Below are positions 10,601-18,743 of a stretch of DNA of 64,000 bases, in pieces; position 1 is the first letter of the stretch; each line of letters opens with the position of its first letter. The stretch comes from Caldilineae bacterium (GTDB lineage Bacteria; Chloroflexota; Anaerolineae; DUEN01). The stretch is from the NCBI GenBank assembly GCA_011176545.1, contig DUEN01000009.1:9510-73509 (forward strand), written 5' to 3'. Below the pieces are notes generated by a model, which ran no database searches, had not been told where the DNA came from, and saw nothing but the letters and a program-made list of their open reading frames with translations. The position numbers were made by a program, and so were the translations under genes.

Positions 10601-13180
10601 GCCGCGGGGATCGAGAAGGCTACTACGAGGCCAGAGCATGACCGGGATGCCCAAGCCGCATCCTCGCCCTTGCCAGACGTAGAAGTCTCTCATCCGAGGC
10701 GATCATCCACGCGTGCCCAGGTGATGCAGGCGCACCTGCGGCTCATGGAGCAGTTCCTGCGCACCCAGGAGACGGTCATGCGACGGTTCCTGGCTGGCTC
10801 GTCCGTCGCGCCATCCTCCCTGATGCCCCAGGCCGAAAGACCAACCGCTGCGGAGCCCTCTGAACCTGATGTGCCCGCCGGAGCGCTTGTGGAAGAGACT
10901 CAGGAGGCGGAGCGAGCATCCGATTCTGAGGTGAGCCAGGGACCGTCGGAAGCTGCCATGGAGGAGACTTCGGCGGAAGAAAAAAGCATCCAAAAAATAT
11001 TATTACATCTCGTGAGTGCGCAGACGGGTTATCCCGAGGAGATGCTGGATCTCTCGGCTAACCTGGAGGCCGACCTGGGCATCGACTCCATCAAGCGCAC
11101 GGAGATACTGGGGGCCTTCAATCGGGAGACCGGCCTGTTGGCTCCGGAGGAGATGGAACAGGTCACCTCCATGAAGACGCTGGGAGAGATTATCGATTTT
11201 TTCGAGCGGCGACAGGGAACACGGCAGATGGGAGGAGACGAACCCCCTCTGAAATGTGAGCGAACGCCAGCCGGGAGTGCGGCGCCTGAATCCCCCATCC
11301 ATTCAGATGACGGGGGTTCGACCCTCGTCGCCCCAAGCAGGGGGATCTCCGAAGACACGACAGGGCACGCGGAGGGGGCGCGGCCGCCTTCCATGCCTTT
11401 TATCCGTACCGTGCGCGCCTACGTCCCAGGACAGGAGCTAGACGCCATCTGCGTCCTCGACCTGAACGAAGACCTCTTCATGCGGGATCACACCCTGGGA
11501 CGGGACGTCTCGCGATTGGATCCGGACCTGCTGGCGCTGCCGGTGGTCCCCCTCACCATCAGCATGGAGATCCTGGCCGAGGCGGCCGCATCCTTGTTGC
11601 CGGACCTGGTGCTGGTAGGCATGCGAGAGGTACGGGCGTATCGGTGGATTCTAATGGAGGAAGGATCCATTTCCCTGCGGGTGGTGGCTAAGCGCAGGCC
11701 GGCTCCACAGGATCATGAGGTCGAAGTGTTTTTGACGGAAGCTGAGGGGGACGTATCCCCCCGTAAGCATCCGATCATCGAGGGCGTCATGGTCTTCGCA
11801 TCGTCCTATCCCGCCTCGCCGCCGGTGAGTGCGTTCTCGCTAAAGGGAGAGCGCCCCTCGCGTTGGTCGCCTCAGCAGCTCTACGCCGAGGGGATGTTCC
11901 ACGGCCCGGCCTTTCGAGCTGTGGAATCGATAGACAGATGGGGGGAGGACGGCGCCGTCGCCACATTGCAGGCGTTGCCCGTCGATCGGTTCCTGCGCTC
12001 CCAAGCCAGTCCGACCTTCATCGCGGAGCCCATCGTGCTCGACGCGGTGGGACAGATCGTGGGCTTCTGGACGATGGAGCACCTGGAGAGGGGTTTCGTG
12101 GTCTTTCCTTATTTTCTGGAGCGGCTGGATTTTTATGGGCCACCCTTATCCCTGCGAGAGCAGATCCGGTGCCAGGCACGTATCCGCCTGCTCGATGCAG
12201 GGCTGGTCCGCTCGGATTTCGATCTTATCGATCAGGCCGGCCGTCTGCGCATACGGCTCCAGGGCTGGGAGGACAAACGGTTCGATCTCCCCCGGCGATT
12301 TTACCGGTTCATATTGGATCCTGGCTCGCGGCGGCTCAGCGAGCCCTGGACGAAGCCGCTGGCCGGGCTCTCGGATGAGGCGCCCTATCGATGCCGCCGC
12401 GTCCACGGCTTTGCCGAGGGCTTCTTCGAGGCCCATTATGGCTTCTGGGAGAAAGTATTGGCCCACTTGGCCCTCTCTCGGACGGAACGCCAGGTGTGGC
12501 GGCGGAGGGAAGGGCCAGCCAGGCGCCGGATCGAGTGGCTGCTGGGCCGGGTAACCGCAAAGGAGACCGTCCTCGATCTTTTGCAAGAGCGATACGGCCT
12601 GGCCCTGTGTCCGGCGGACATTGAGATCGTTCAGGACGAGAATGGCCGGCCTCTGGTAAAAAGCGTGCGGCCTATTGAGCAGATCGATCGTCCCTTGGAA
12701 CAGTTGATCGCCGTCTCCATCAGCCACGCGGGCGGCATGGCCGTCGCTGTTGCTGGGCCAGCCGATGAGCCCATCGGGGTCGGCATCGACATCGAGCCGA
12801 TCCGCCGGCAGGACGAGGCGTTCGCGGAAGTGGCCTTTACCCCGCAGGAGCGGGCCTTGCTGGCGACGGTGGAGGAGGGAGGGGAGGCGGCCTGGCCGTT
12901 GCGTCTCTGGTGTGCCAAGGAGGCGGCGGGCAAAGCCCTGGGGCGCGGCCTGGTTGGAGGGCCACATGGGATCATCGTGAGGCGGATTGATCCCCGCACG
13001 GGGATCATGCAGGCGAGCCTGGCCGATGAGATCGCTCGCTCGTTCCCGGGAGCCGACGGCCAGGAGATTACGGTGTACACCGCCCGTGAGGGCGATATCG
13101 TTGTAGCTAGCGTGCTGGGTGGAGGTAGTCGTGAAAGGAGCTATGAAGACAAGGCACGAGGTTATGCAGGAAGTGCTTAG
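7622..13180 (+). CDS. Giant type I PKS-like protein: KS, AT, ACP, DH, Sfp-type PPTase
   Basis: ORF 7616-13180. ATG 7622 lies 5 nt after GAGAGG and 9 nt after the PKS1 stop. KS: DAACASSL, EAHGTGT, GSVKSMIGHT. AT: FPGEGSQ, GHSTGE. ACP: LGIDSIKRTE. DH: DHTLGRD...P and LDAVGQ. PPTase: GVGIDIEPIR and LWCAKEAAGKA. Confidence 0.9.
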   Translation: MTVKGKGDVAIIGMACMFPGAPDLQTYWHNILHKVDAVTDPPPEAWDSDVFYDPASDAPDRVYCKRGGYLGPLAKFNPLDYGIMPAGLDGGEPDQWLALKVAHDALADAGYLERLREHPEERHRTAVILGKGTYLNRGNLNMVQHSLIVEQTLQILQTLHPEYSREDLERIRDELRRGLPPFNAETAPGLVPNITAGRIANRLDLMGPSYTVDAACASSLIAVEIAMRELLTGRCDLALVGGAQVTTPIPILSLFCQLGALSRRQEIRPFDKNADGTILGEGIGIIVLKRREDAERDGDRIYAFIKGVGTASDGRGMSVLTPRVEGEVLALRRAYEDAGVPPDTIELIEAHGTGTPVGDQAEIQALREVFGERDGHPPRCALGSVKSMIGHTMPAAGIAGIIKVALALYYKVLPPTIHCDEPHPKLELEKTVFYINREARPWIHGVQDIPRRAGVNAFGFGGINAHVVMEEAPEAILPGPMRRWESEVVILAAGSRPELIERARSVSAYVEAVSDVSLLDLAYTLNSQINGQPFRLAVVAESPEDLLQKLARAIARLERPQTRQIKEVSGIYFFEEPLYPEGKLAFLFPGEGSQYPNMLADLCLHFPEVRACFDRIDRLFADHPRGYRPSDFIFPRSVGPGEEDLSRHLWEIDGAIEAVLTANSALFTLLSELGLRADAMVGHSTGEYSAMLAAGAIPVNEDEFVGRYLATLNRMYEEVTAEAHIPQAMMIAVGAGLDRVLPIIEQVEGEIYVGMDNCPHQSVIVGERAAVESAMAIMKDQGLIYEALPFERAYHTPLFAPYMQLFRDFYDQLPLAVPKVRLYSCVTAAAVDGDVAEIRRLAVETWAHRVRFRETIQAMYEDGIRIFVEVGARGNLTAFVGDILRGKPHLAIPANLQQRSGITQLNHLIAQLSAQGVPMEFDPLYRRRAPRRLELSAAEIAEARKKSIGVMKLATGWASMSLSPEVAADVRRHVAPSSPREREEGPSQPEVYGAAGIEKATTRPEHDRDAQAASSPLPDVEVSHPRRSSTRAQVMQAHLRLMEQFLRTQETVMRRFLAGSSVAPSSLMPQAERPTAAEPSEPDVPAGALVEETQEAERASDSEVSQGPSEAAMEETSAEEKSIQKILLHLVSAQTGYPEEMLDLSANLEADLGIDSIKRTEILGAFNRETGLLAPEEMEQVTSMKTLGEIIDFFERRQGTRQMGGDEPPLKCERTPAGSAAPESPIHSDDGGSTLVAPSRGISEDTTGHAEGARPPSMPFIRTVRAYVPGQELDAICVLDLNEDLFMRDHTLGRDVSRLDPDLLALPVVPLTISMEILAEAAASLLPDLVLVGMREVRAYRWILMEEGSISLRVVAKRRPAPQDHEVEVFLTEAEGDVSPRKHPIIEGVMVFASSYPASPPVSAFSLKGERPSRWSPQQLYAEGMFHGPAFRAVESIDRWGEDGAVATLQALPVDRFLRSQASPTFIAEPIVLDAVGQIVGFWTMEHLERGFVVFPYFLERLDFYGPPLSLREQIRCQARIRLLDAGLVRSDFDLIDQAGRLRIRLQGWEDKRFDLPRRFYRFILDPGSRRLSEPWTKPLAGLSDEAPYRCRRVHGFAEGFFEAHYGFWEKVLAHLALSRTERQVWRRREGPARRRIEWLLGRVTAKETVLDLLQERYGLALCPADIEIVQDENGRPLVKSVRPIEQIDRPLEQLIAVSISHAGGMAVAVAGPADEPIGVGIDIEPIRRQDEAFAEVAFTPQERALLATVEEGGEAAWPLRLWCAKEAAGKALGRGLVGGPHGIIVRRIDPRTGIMQASLADEIARSFPGADGQEITVYTAREGDIVVASVLGGGSRERSYEDKARGYAGSA
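7640..9040 (+). other. Ketosynthase domain (PKS2); active-site Cys present, so not a CLF
   Basis: VAIIGMACMFPGA, TVDAACASSL, EAHGTGTPVGD, SMIGHTMPAAG, GFGGINAHVVMEE. Confidence 0.9.
9368..10315 (+). other. Acyltransferase domain (PKS2), atypical specificity motif
   Basis: LFPGEGSQYPNM, GHSTGEYSA. RAYHTPLF sits where HAFH/YASH normally lies. Confidence 0.8.
10988..11215 (+). other. ACP domain (PKS2)
   Basis: LEADLGIDSIKRTEILGA; Ser codon at 11087-11089. Confidence 0.85.
11387..12295 (+). other. Dehydratase (double hot-dog, PKS-type) domain
   Basis: FMRDHTLGRDVSRLDPDLLALPVVP (His motif), GMFHGPAF, PIVLDAVGQIVGFW (Asp-x3-Gln motif). Confidence 0.7.
12458..13120 (+). other. Sfp-type 4'-phosphopantetheinyl transferase domain fused to the PKS2 C-terminus
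   Basis: WLLGRVTAKETVLDL, ENGRPLV, SISHAGGMAVAVAG, GVGIDIEPIRR, FTPQERALL, LWCAKEAAGKALG. Confidence 0.75.
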
Positions 13181-13427
13181 CCTGCTGGCGCAACTGGCCA
13201 GCGACTGGGAATACGATGGGGAGATCACCGAGGAGACCTACCTGTTCGCCGATCTGGGGTTTCAATCCCTGGATGCCGTCGTGCTGGGGAATTCCCTGCA
13301 GGAGCGGTTCGGCAAGCCAATCCCCTATGCCGACCTGCTGGCCGAGATCGGTCAGCGCGAGGTTCAGGATGTCACCATCGGTGAGTGGGTGGAGTTTACC
13401 TATAGACATCTACAGGATGGAGATTAG
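13143..13427 (+). CDS. Discrete acyl carrier protein
   Basis: ORF 13119-13427. ATG 13143 is preceded by AAAGGAG. FADLGFQSLDAVVLGNSL is a carrier-protein Ser motif. Overlaps the PKS2 3' end by 38 nt in another frame. Confidence 0.7.
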   Translation: MKTRHEVMQEVLSLLAQLASDWEYDGEITEETYLFADLGFQSLDAVVLGNSLQERFGKPIPYADLLAEIGQREVQDVTIGEWVEFTYRHLQDGD

Positions 13428-13449
13428 GGATTAGAGATTGGAGATGAGG

Positions 13450-15060
13450 ATGGGTGTAAAGTCGCTGTTGATCGGCCTCGATGGGGCCACGTTCACCGTC
13501 CTGGACCCCTTGATGGAACAGGGCGTGCTGCCGTTTTTGCGATCGTTTATGGAGGAAGGCGTGCGTGCGGGGCTGCGCACGGTGGTGCCGCCTTTGACCC
13601 CGCCCGCGTGGACTTCGTTGCTGACGGGGCGCACGCCGGGCCATCATGGGATCTTTGATTTCTTTCAGCTGGATGCGCCAGGCAGCAAACAGATTCGCCT
13701 GACCACATCTCACGACCTCCGCTGTGAAACCATCGCCCAGCTGGTGAATCGCTATGGACTGCGGGCCACTGTGCTGAACTTTCCGGTGCACTTTCCACCG
13801 CCTGCACTGGATGGGTACGTGATCGCCGGCTGGATGCCCTGGCGTCAGTTGCGCCTGGGATGCCACCCAGCGGATCTCTACGACCGGCTGAAGCAGCTAC
13901 CTGGATTTCATCCCCGGGAGCTGGCCATGGATATGTCGCTGGAGGCCAAGGCGACCGAGGGCTGCTCTGAGGATGAGTATGTGGACTGGGCCGAGCTGCA
14001 CGCCCGTCGGGAGCGACACTGGCTGGCAGTGGCGCGCCATCTGATCCAGAAAGATCCCACCGAGCTGGTCGCGATCTTGCTCGATGGCCCGGACAAGATC
14101 CAACACCTATGCTGGCGCTTCCTGGATCCATCGCTGTGGCCCGAGCGCCCCACGCCGGAGGAACGGCGGATCCGGGAGGCCTGCCTGGCGTACTTCCGCC
14201 AGCTGGATGGGGTGCTGGAGGAGATGGTGGCGATGGCCGGCCCCGAGGCCACGGTGGTGATCGCGTCGGACCATGGGTTTGGTGCCACGACGGAGGTGTT
14301 CCACGTCAACACGTGGTTGGAGCAGGCGGGCTATCTGGCCTGGTCCACGGAGGCGCCGGTGGACGAAGAGCAGGATGGCCTCCTGGGGATGGGGCATCTC
14401 TCCCGTCATACGCGTTGGCTGGACTGGGAGCGTACCCGGGCCTACGCGGCCACCCCCACCAGCAACGGCATCCATATCGTGACGGCGGAGCACAACGATG
14501 GCCACGGGGTGCGGCCCGAGGAGTATGCCCGGTTCCGCGCGGAGCTGGCCGATGCGCTGCGCAACGTCACCGATCCCGTTACCGGCGAGCAGGTGGTCTC
14601 GCGCATTTGGACGCGAGAGGAGGCCTTCCCAGGAGAAGCGGCTGGCTGCGCACCGGACCTCACCCTGGAGCTGCGGGACGGAGGTCTGGTCTCCATCCTG
14701 CCCGCGGATATGCCCTTACGGCCGCGCCCTCGGCCGGCCGGTGCCCACCGCCCCGTGGGCGTCTTCATCGCGCGCGGCCCAGGCATTCGTCAGGGGATGG
14801 CCTTCAAAGAGCTATCGATCCTGGATATGGCGCCCCTGTTGCTATACAGCATGGCGTTACCCGTCCCGGCGGATCTGGAGGGCCGCGTCCCCCTGGAGAT
14901 CTTCGAACCGTCCTTCCGGGCTAAGCGCCGGGTGGAAACAGCTCCGGCCGTGGGCCAACGGGAGCAGCTGTCCACCGATTCGGCCAGGGAATCCGCCTAC
15001 GACGAGGAGGCGGAGGCTGTGTTGGTGGCTCGGCTGCGAGACCTGGGATATATCGAATAA
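13450..15060 (+). CDS. Alkaline-phosphatase-superfamily enzyme, type I phosphodiesterase / nucleotide pyrophosphatase (NPP)-like
   Basis: LIGLDGATF and PPLTPPAWTSLLTGRTPGHHGI (Thr nucleophile context), VVIASDHGF. Start may be 13438, 13444 or 13450. Confidence 0.7.
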   Translation: MGVKSLLIGLDGATFTVLDPLMEQGVLPFLRSFMEEGVRAGLRTVVPPLTPPAWTSLLTGRTPGHHGIFDFFQLDAPGSKQIRLTTSHDLRCETIAQLVNRYGLRATVLNFPVHFPPPALDGYVIAGWMPWRQLRLGCHPADLYDRLKQLPGFHPRELAMDMSLEAKATEGCSEDEYVDWAELHARRERHWLAVARHLIQKDPTELVAILLDGPDKIQHLCWRFLDPSLWPERPTPEERRIREACLAYFRQLDGVLEEMVAMAGPEATVVIASDHGFGATTEVFHVNTWLEQAGYLAWSTEAPVDEEQDGLLGMGHLSRHTRWLDWERTRAYAATPTSNGIHIVTAEHNDGHGVRPEEYARFRAELADALRNVTDPVTGEQVVSRIWTREEAFPGEAAGCAPDLTLELRDGGLVSILPADMPLRPRPRPAGAHRPVGVFIARGPGIRQGMAFKELSILDMAPLLLYSMALPVPADLEGRVPLEIFEPSFRAKRRVETAPAVGQREQLSTDSARESAYDEEAEAVLVARLRDLGYIE

Positions 15061-15087
15061 CTTCATTGAGCGGCTTGGAGGTGTTCT

Positions 15088-15939
15088 GTGTCGATGATCT
15101 CTGTGAACGGCATCCGGTTCCATTATTGGACGGTCGGCCAGGGACCGGATGTGATCCTGTTGCATGGCCTGGGAGGTAACCTGGCCATCTGGCACTTGAA
15201 GATGGTACCTCTGCTGCGAAACATGTACCGTGTGACGACCTACGATCTGCGCGGCCACGGCTATAGCGATATGCCGCCCACCGGCTACACCACGGGCGAC
15301 ATGGCCGACGACCTGCGAGGCCTCATGGACGGGCTGGGGATCGAGCGGGCCCACCTGGTGGGCCACAGCCTGGGGGCGGATATCGCGCTCCACTTTGCCC
15401 TGCGTTATCCTGATCGGGCGGGCAAATTGATCCTAATCGAGGCTGGGCTCCCGGCCATGGTCAGCGCACGCAAGGACGAGAATTGGATCGGTTGGACATA
15501 CTGGGCGGAGATGATCGAGCGCTTCACCGGACACAAGGTGCCGCCGGAAAAGCGCACGGACTACAAGTATTTGCTGCGTCAGAGCCTAGAGATCCCGATC
15601 CTCTTCGGCCCGGCCCGAGGTAAACCGCGTAAACAGGAGAAGTTCCTGAAGCTGTTGGAGACGACGACCCTGGTGCAGGATTACGAGGTCGTCGGGGAAC
15701 TCACGCTGGAGAACATCGCCACGATCCCACATCCTAAGCTACTGATCTACGATACGAACTCGCCGTATCTCGAGACATATCGGGCGCTTTGTGAGGTGGC
15801 CAAAAACTATACGGCAGTGCTCTTACCAGGCAGCTCCCTTCGGCACTTCTTCCCCCTTGAGGAGCCTGAGAAGCTGGCGGAACACATCAAGGCTTTCCTC
15901 TCGCCGGAGGAAGAAGCGCCTGAGGGCGGGGGCGAATGA
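15088..15939 (+). CDS. Alpha/beta-fold hydrolase
   Basis: GTG start 6 nt after GGAGG. VILLHGLGGN, nucleophile elbow GHSLGA. Confidence 0.8.
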   Translation: MSMISVNGIRFHYWTVGQGPDVILLHGLGGNLAIWHLKMVPLLRNMYRVTTYDLRGHGYSDMPPTGYTTGDMADDLRGLMDGLGIERAHLVGHSLGADIALHFALRYPDRAGKLILIEAGLPAMVSARKDENWIGWTYWAEMIERFTGHKVPPEKRTDYKYLLRQSLEIPILFGPARGKPRKQEKFLKLLETTTLVQDYEVVGELTLENIATIPHPKLLIYDTNSPYLETYRALCEVAKNYTAVLLPGSSLRHFFPLEEPEKLAEHIKAFLSPEEEAPEGGGE

Positions 15940-16796
15940 GCAAGAGTGTGCTGATCACCGGCGCCGGGATGGGACTCGGCCTAGAGACGGCGCTTTACTT
16001 GGCCCAGCGGGGATTCACCGTCTACGCCAGCGTGCCTGAGGCGGCCCATCGGGACCTCGTGATGACGCGGGCGGCCGAGCAGGGCGTAACGTTGCACGTT
16101 CCACGGCTCGATGTGACCGATGAGGCGAGCATCCGGGAGACGGTGGGCACGATTCTGGCCGAGACAGGACATGTGTACGGCGTGGTCCACAACGCCGGGA
16201 TCAGCCTGCGTGGTTATTTCGAGGATTGCGAGGAGGAGGAGATCCGGCGAGTCATGGAGGTGAATTTCTTCGGTACGTTGGCGGTCACGCGGGCGGTCTT
16301 GCCGTCCATGCGCCAGGCCGGACAGGGACGTTTGATCTTCATCAGCTCCATCGGAGGCCGTATCGCCTCCATGGCGCGGACTGCTTATTGTGCCAGCAAG
16401 TTCGCGATCGAAGGGTTCGCTGAGTCGTTGATGCAAGAAGTGGCTCCGTTGGGGTTGCACGTTAGCATCATCGAGCCGGCCATCATTCGCACGGAGCGCT
16501 GGACGGTACATCGCGGGATCGCCAGGCGGGCATTAGACCCGGATAGCCCCTATCGGGAGTGGTTCCAGAGGCAAGAAGAACTGGCCGACGTGCTGGTGCG
16601 TACCTCGCCGACGAAGCCGATGCACGTGGCTCGAGTGGTATATCGGGCGTTAACCGCCAGGCGGCCCCGGTTACGTTACATGGTAGGCTGGCGGGCGAAG
16701 TCGGTATTACTCTTGCGCCGTCTCCTCCCGGGGGAGCTCTTCGAGCGATTCTACTTTGGGGAGGCGATGCGACGAGTGGCAGGATCGTCATCATAG
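15936..16796 (+). CDS. Short-chain dehydrogenase/reductase (SDR) 1
   Basis: ATGA overlap with the upstream stop. VLITGAGMGLGLETA, NAGI, YCASKFA (YxxxK). Confidence 0.85.
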   Translation: MSKSVLITGAGMGLGLETALYLAQRGFTVYASVPEAAHRDLVMTRAAEQGVTLHVPRLDVTDEASIRETVGTILAETGHVYGVVHNAGISLRGYFEDCEEEEIRRVMEVNFFGTLAVTRAVLPSMRQAGQGRLIFISSIGGRIASMARTAYCASKFAIEGFAESLMQEVAPLGLHVSIIEPAIIRTERWTVHRGIARRALDPDSPYREWFQRQEELADVLVRTSPTKPMHVARVVYRALTARRPRLRYMVGWRAKSVLLLRRLLPGELFERFYFGEAMRRVAGSSS

Positions 16797-16815
16797 GCGG
16801 AGGCGGATCGAGAAG

Positions 16816-17853
16816 ATGAGCGCTCTGTATTGGCTGCTCCGCCAACTTGGGCTCCGCCATATCGTGAGGCTTAACAAGGCCAAGCGGCTCAGCGATCGCT
16901 TCATTCGAGGGTTCTATGTGACCCATGCGTTGCTGGGACTCGCCAGCGTGGGGTTTCTCCAGGAGCTAGGGGATCAGGGTTCTGTGGATCTAGCGGAGTT
17001 CGCTTCGCGGGAGGGGATCGATTTGGAGATCCTGACCCCGCTATGTGAGTACCTGTACGGCCTGAAGATCCTACGGTGGGAGGGACAGCGTTACGCCCTG
17101 GATACGACGGGTGAGCTCATCAGCGATATGCTGATGGGGGCGTTGCTCTCGGTGCAGGCTTACGCGAACATCCTCTATCACCTGGAACCCCTGCTCCGCG
17201 GGCAGGAACACTACGGCAGCGAGGTAAGGCGCAGGCCACGTCTCGTCGCCGAGGGGAGCGGCCTTTCAGCTCAATTGCTGGCCTTCCCGCTCGTAGCCAG
17301 CCTGCTCCGGAAGAAGGGAAGCCGGCATGTGTTGGATCTGGCCTGTGGTGACGGGACGTTTCTCGAGGTCCTGTGTTCTCACGATGATCGCATCACTGGC
17401 TATGGGTTGGACATCGCGCCGGAGGCGATCGAGCTGGGCAGGCGAAGGTTGGCGACGCGTGGCCTGGAGGATCGGATTCACCTGTTCGTGGCCGATATGT
17501 TTCGCATCGATGAGATCACGTATCCCTTGCCGGAGATCGATGCGATCACCTGCATCTACGCTTTGCATGAATTTCTGACAGAGAACGGGGAGCAGGTCGT
17601 GGAGCTGTTGAGGAAGCTGCGGGGGCGGTTCCCGCAGACTCCTCTGATCGTGTGCGAGGTCATCCGTCACTCGCCGGATGAGCTGCGGCGAAAGCCGGGC
17701 GGCTTGCTCGAAATCCAGCTAGTGCATGCGCTTTCCGGTCAACGCCTGGGCACGCGACAGGAGTGGCGGGAGATCTTCCGGCGTGCTGGGTTCACAGAGA
17801 TGGAGGAACGATACCTGGGATTCGTTCGGACCGACATCTTCACAGTCCGATGA
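16816..17853 (+). CDS. Class I SAM-dependent methyltransferase with an N-terminal dimerisation / winged-helix-like domain (O-methyltransferase-like)
   Basis: VLDLACGDGTF SAM motif I, IYALHEF. ATG 16816 chosen within ORF 16756-17853. Confidence 0.75.
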   Translation: MSALYWLLRQLGLRHIVRLNKAKRLSDRFIRGFYVTHALLGLASVGFLQELGDQGSVDLAEFASREGIDLEILTPLCEYLYGLKILRWEGQRYALDTTGELISDMLMGALLSVQAYANILYHLEPLLRGQEHYGSEVRRRPRLVAEGSGLSAQLLAFPLVASLLRKKGSRHVLDLACGDGTFLEVLCSHDDRITGYGLDIAPEAIELGRRRLATRGLEDRIHLFVADMFRIDEITYPLPEIDAITCIYALHEFLTENGEQVVELLRKLRGRFPQTPLIVCEVIRHSPDELRRKPGGLLEIQLVHALSGQRLGTRQEWREIFRRAGFTEMEERYLGFVRTDIFTVR

Positions 17854-18743
17854 AAAAGAGAGTAGACAGCTTGACGATGACGGATAGCGTGCTGGTAACG
17901 GGGGCATCGGTCGGGTTCGGCAAAGAGATCGCTTTGCTGTTGGCCGAGCGCGGGTTCACCGTCTACGCGACCATGCGTCATCTGGACCGACGCGGTCCGT
18001 TGGAGGAAGAAGCGGCCCGCCGCGGGGTCTCCGTGCGGATCCGGCGCCTGGATGTCACCGATCGGCCCAGCATCGAGGAGACGGTGCAGTCCATTGTGGA
18101 TGAGACCGGCGGCGTCTATGCCGCGGTCAACAACGCGGGTCTGTTCCTGCGGGGCTTCTTCGAGGATCTGACGGACGAAGAGATCCGTCGGGTCTTCGAG
18201 ACGAACCTGTTCGGCGCGATGGCCGTGACGCGGGCCGTGTTACCTCACATGCGGGCTGCCGGGCGAGGGCGGATCGTGGTGATCTCCTCGGTGGCCGGGC
18301 GAATCGGCTCTCCCTCCGGCAGCATCTACAGCGCCAGCCGATTCGCGCAGGAAGGCTTCGCCGAGGCGCTGCGGCAGGAGGTGGAGCCGCTGGGCATTTA
18401 CGTGAGCCTGGTGGAGCCGGGGATCACCAAGACGGAATCGTGGACCATCGATAAGGGAGCAGGCGTGCGGGCCCGAGACCCCAACAGCCCATACTATCCC
18501 TGGTTTAAGCGTGCCGAGGAACTCTTCGATCAGGCGATGCGGTCGTCGCCCATCACCACGCGAGACGTGGCCGAAGCGGTGTACAGGGCGATCACCGACA
18601 GGCGACCACGATGGCGTTATATGGTCGGATGGCGGGCTCGAATCGTGATAGGGCTCCGCCGTTACGTCCCCGAGGAGCTGTTCAATCGCCTGTACTTTGG
18701 AGAGGTCATGCGCCGCGTCACCGGAGGAGCGAGGGGGACATGA
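17850..18743 (+). CDS. SDR 2 (paralogue of SDR 1) with a YxxxR variant of the catalytic motif
   Basis: ATGA overlap at 17850-17853. VLVTGASVGFGKEIA, NAGL, YSASRFA. C-terminal RPRWRYMVGWRA...LYFGEVMRRV is shared with SDR 1. Confidence 0.8.
   Translation: MKKRVDSLTMTDSVLVTGASVGFGKEIALLLAERGFTVYATMRHLDRRGPLEEEAARRGVSVRIRRLDVTDRPSIEETVQSIVDETGGVYAAVNNAGLFLRGFFEDLTDEEIRRVFETNLFGAMAVTRAVLPHMRAAGRGRIVVISSVAGRIGSPSGSIYSASRFAQEGFAEALRQEVEPLGIYVSLVEPGITKTESWTIDKGAGVRARDPNSPYYPWFKRAEELFDQAMRSSPITTRDVAEAVYRAITDRRPRWRYMVGWRARIVIGLRRYVPEELFNRLYFGEVMRRVTGGARGT

Noticed and set aside
173-13180. Canonical PUFA (Pfa) synthase or heterocyst-glycolipid synthase.
   Set aside because: There is no KS-CLF pair, since both KS domains keep the active-site Cys. 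There is no tandem ACP array, no FabA-type DH didomain and no separate PfaB-like AT. The domain order differs, so I call it only PUFA-synthase-like.
7622-13180. Enediyne PKSE.
   Set aside because: The KS-AT-ACP...DH-PPTase order is similar. However, the KR is missing from this polypeptide, and none of the conserved enediyne accessory genes (hot-dog thioesterase, E3/E4/E5-type unknowns) is visible nearby.
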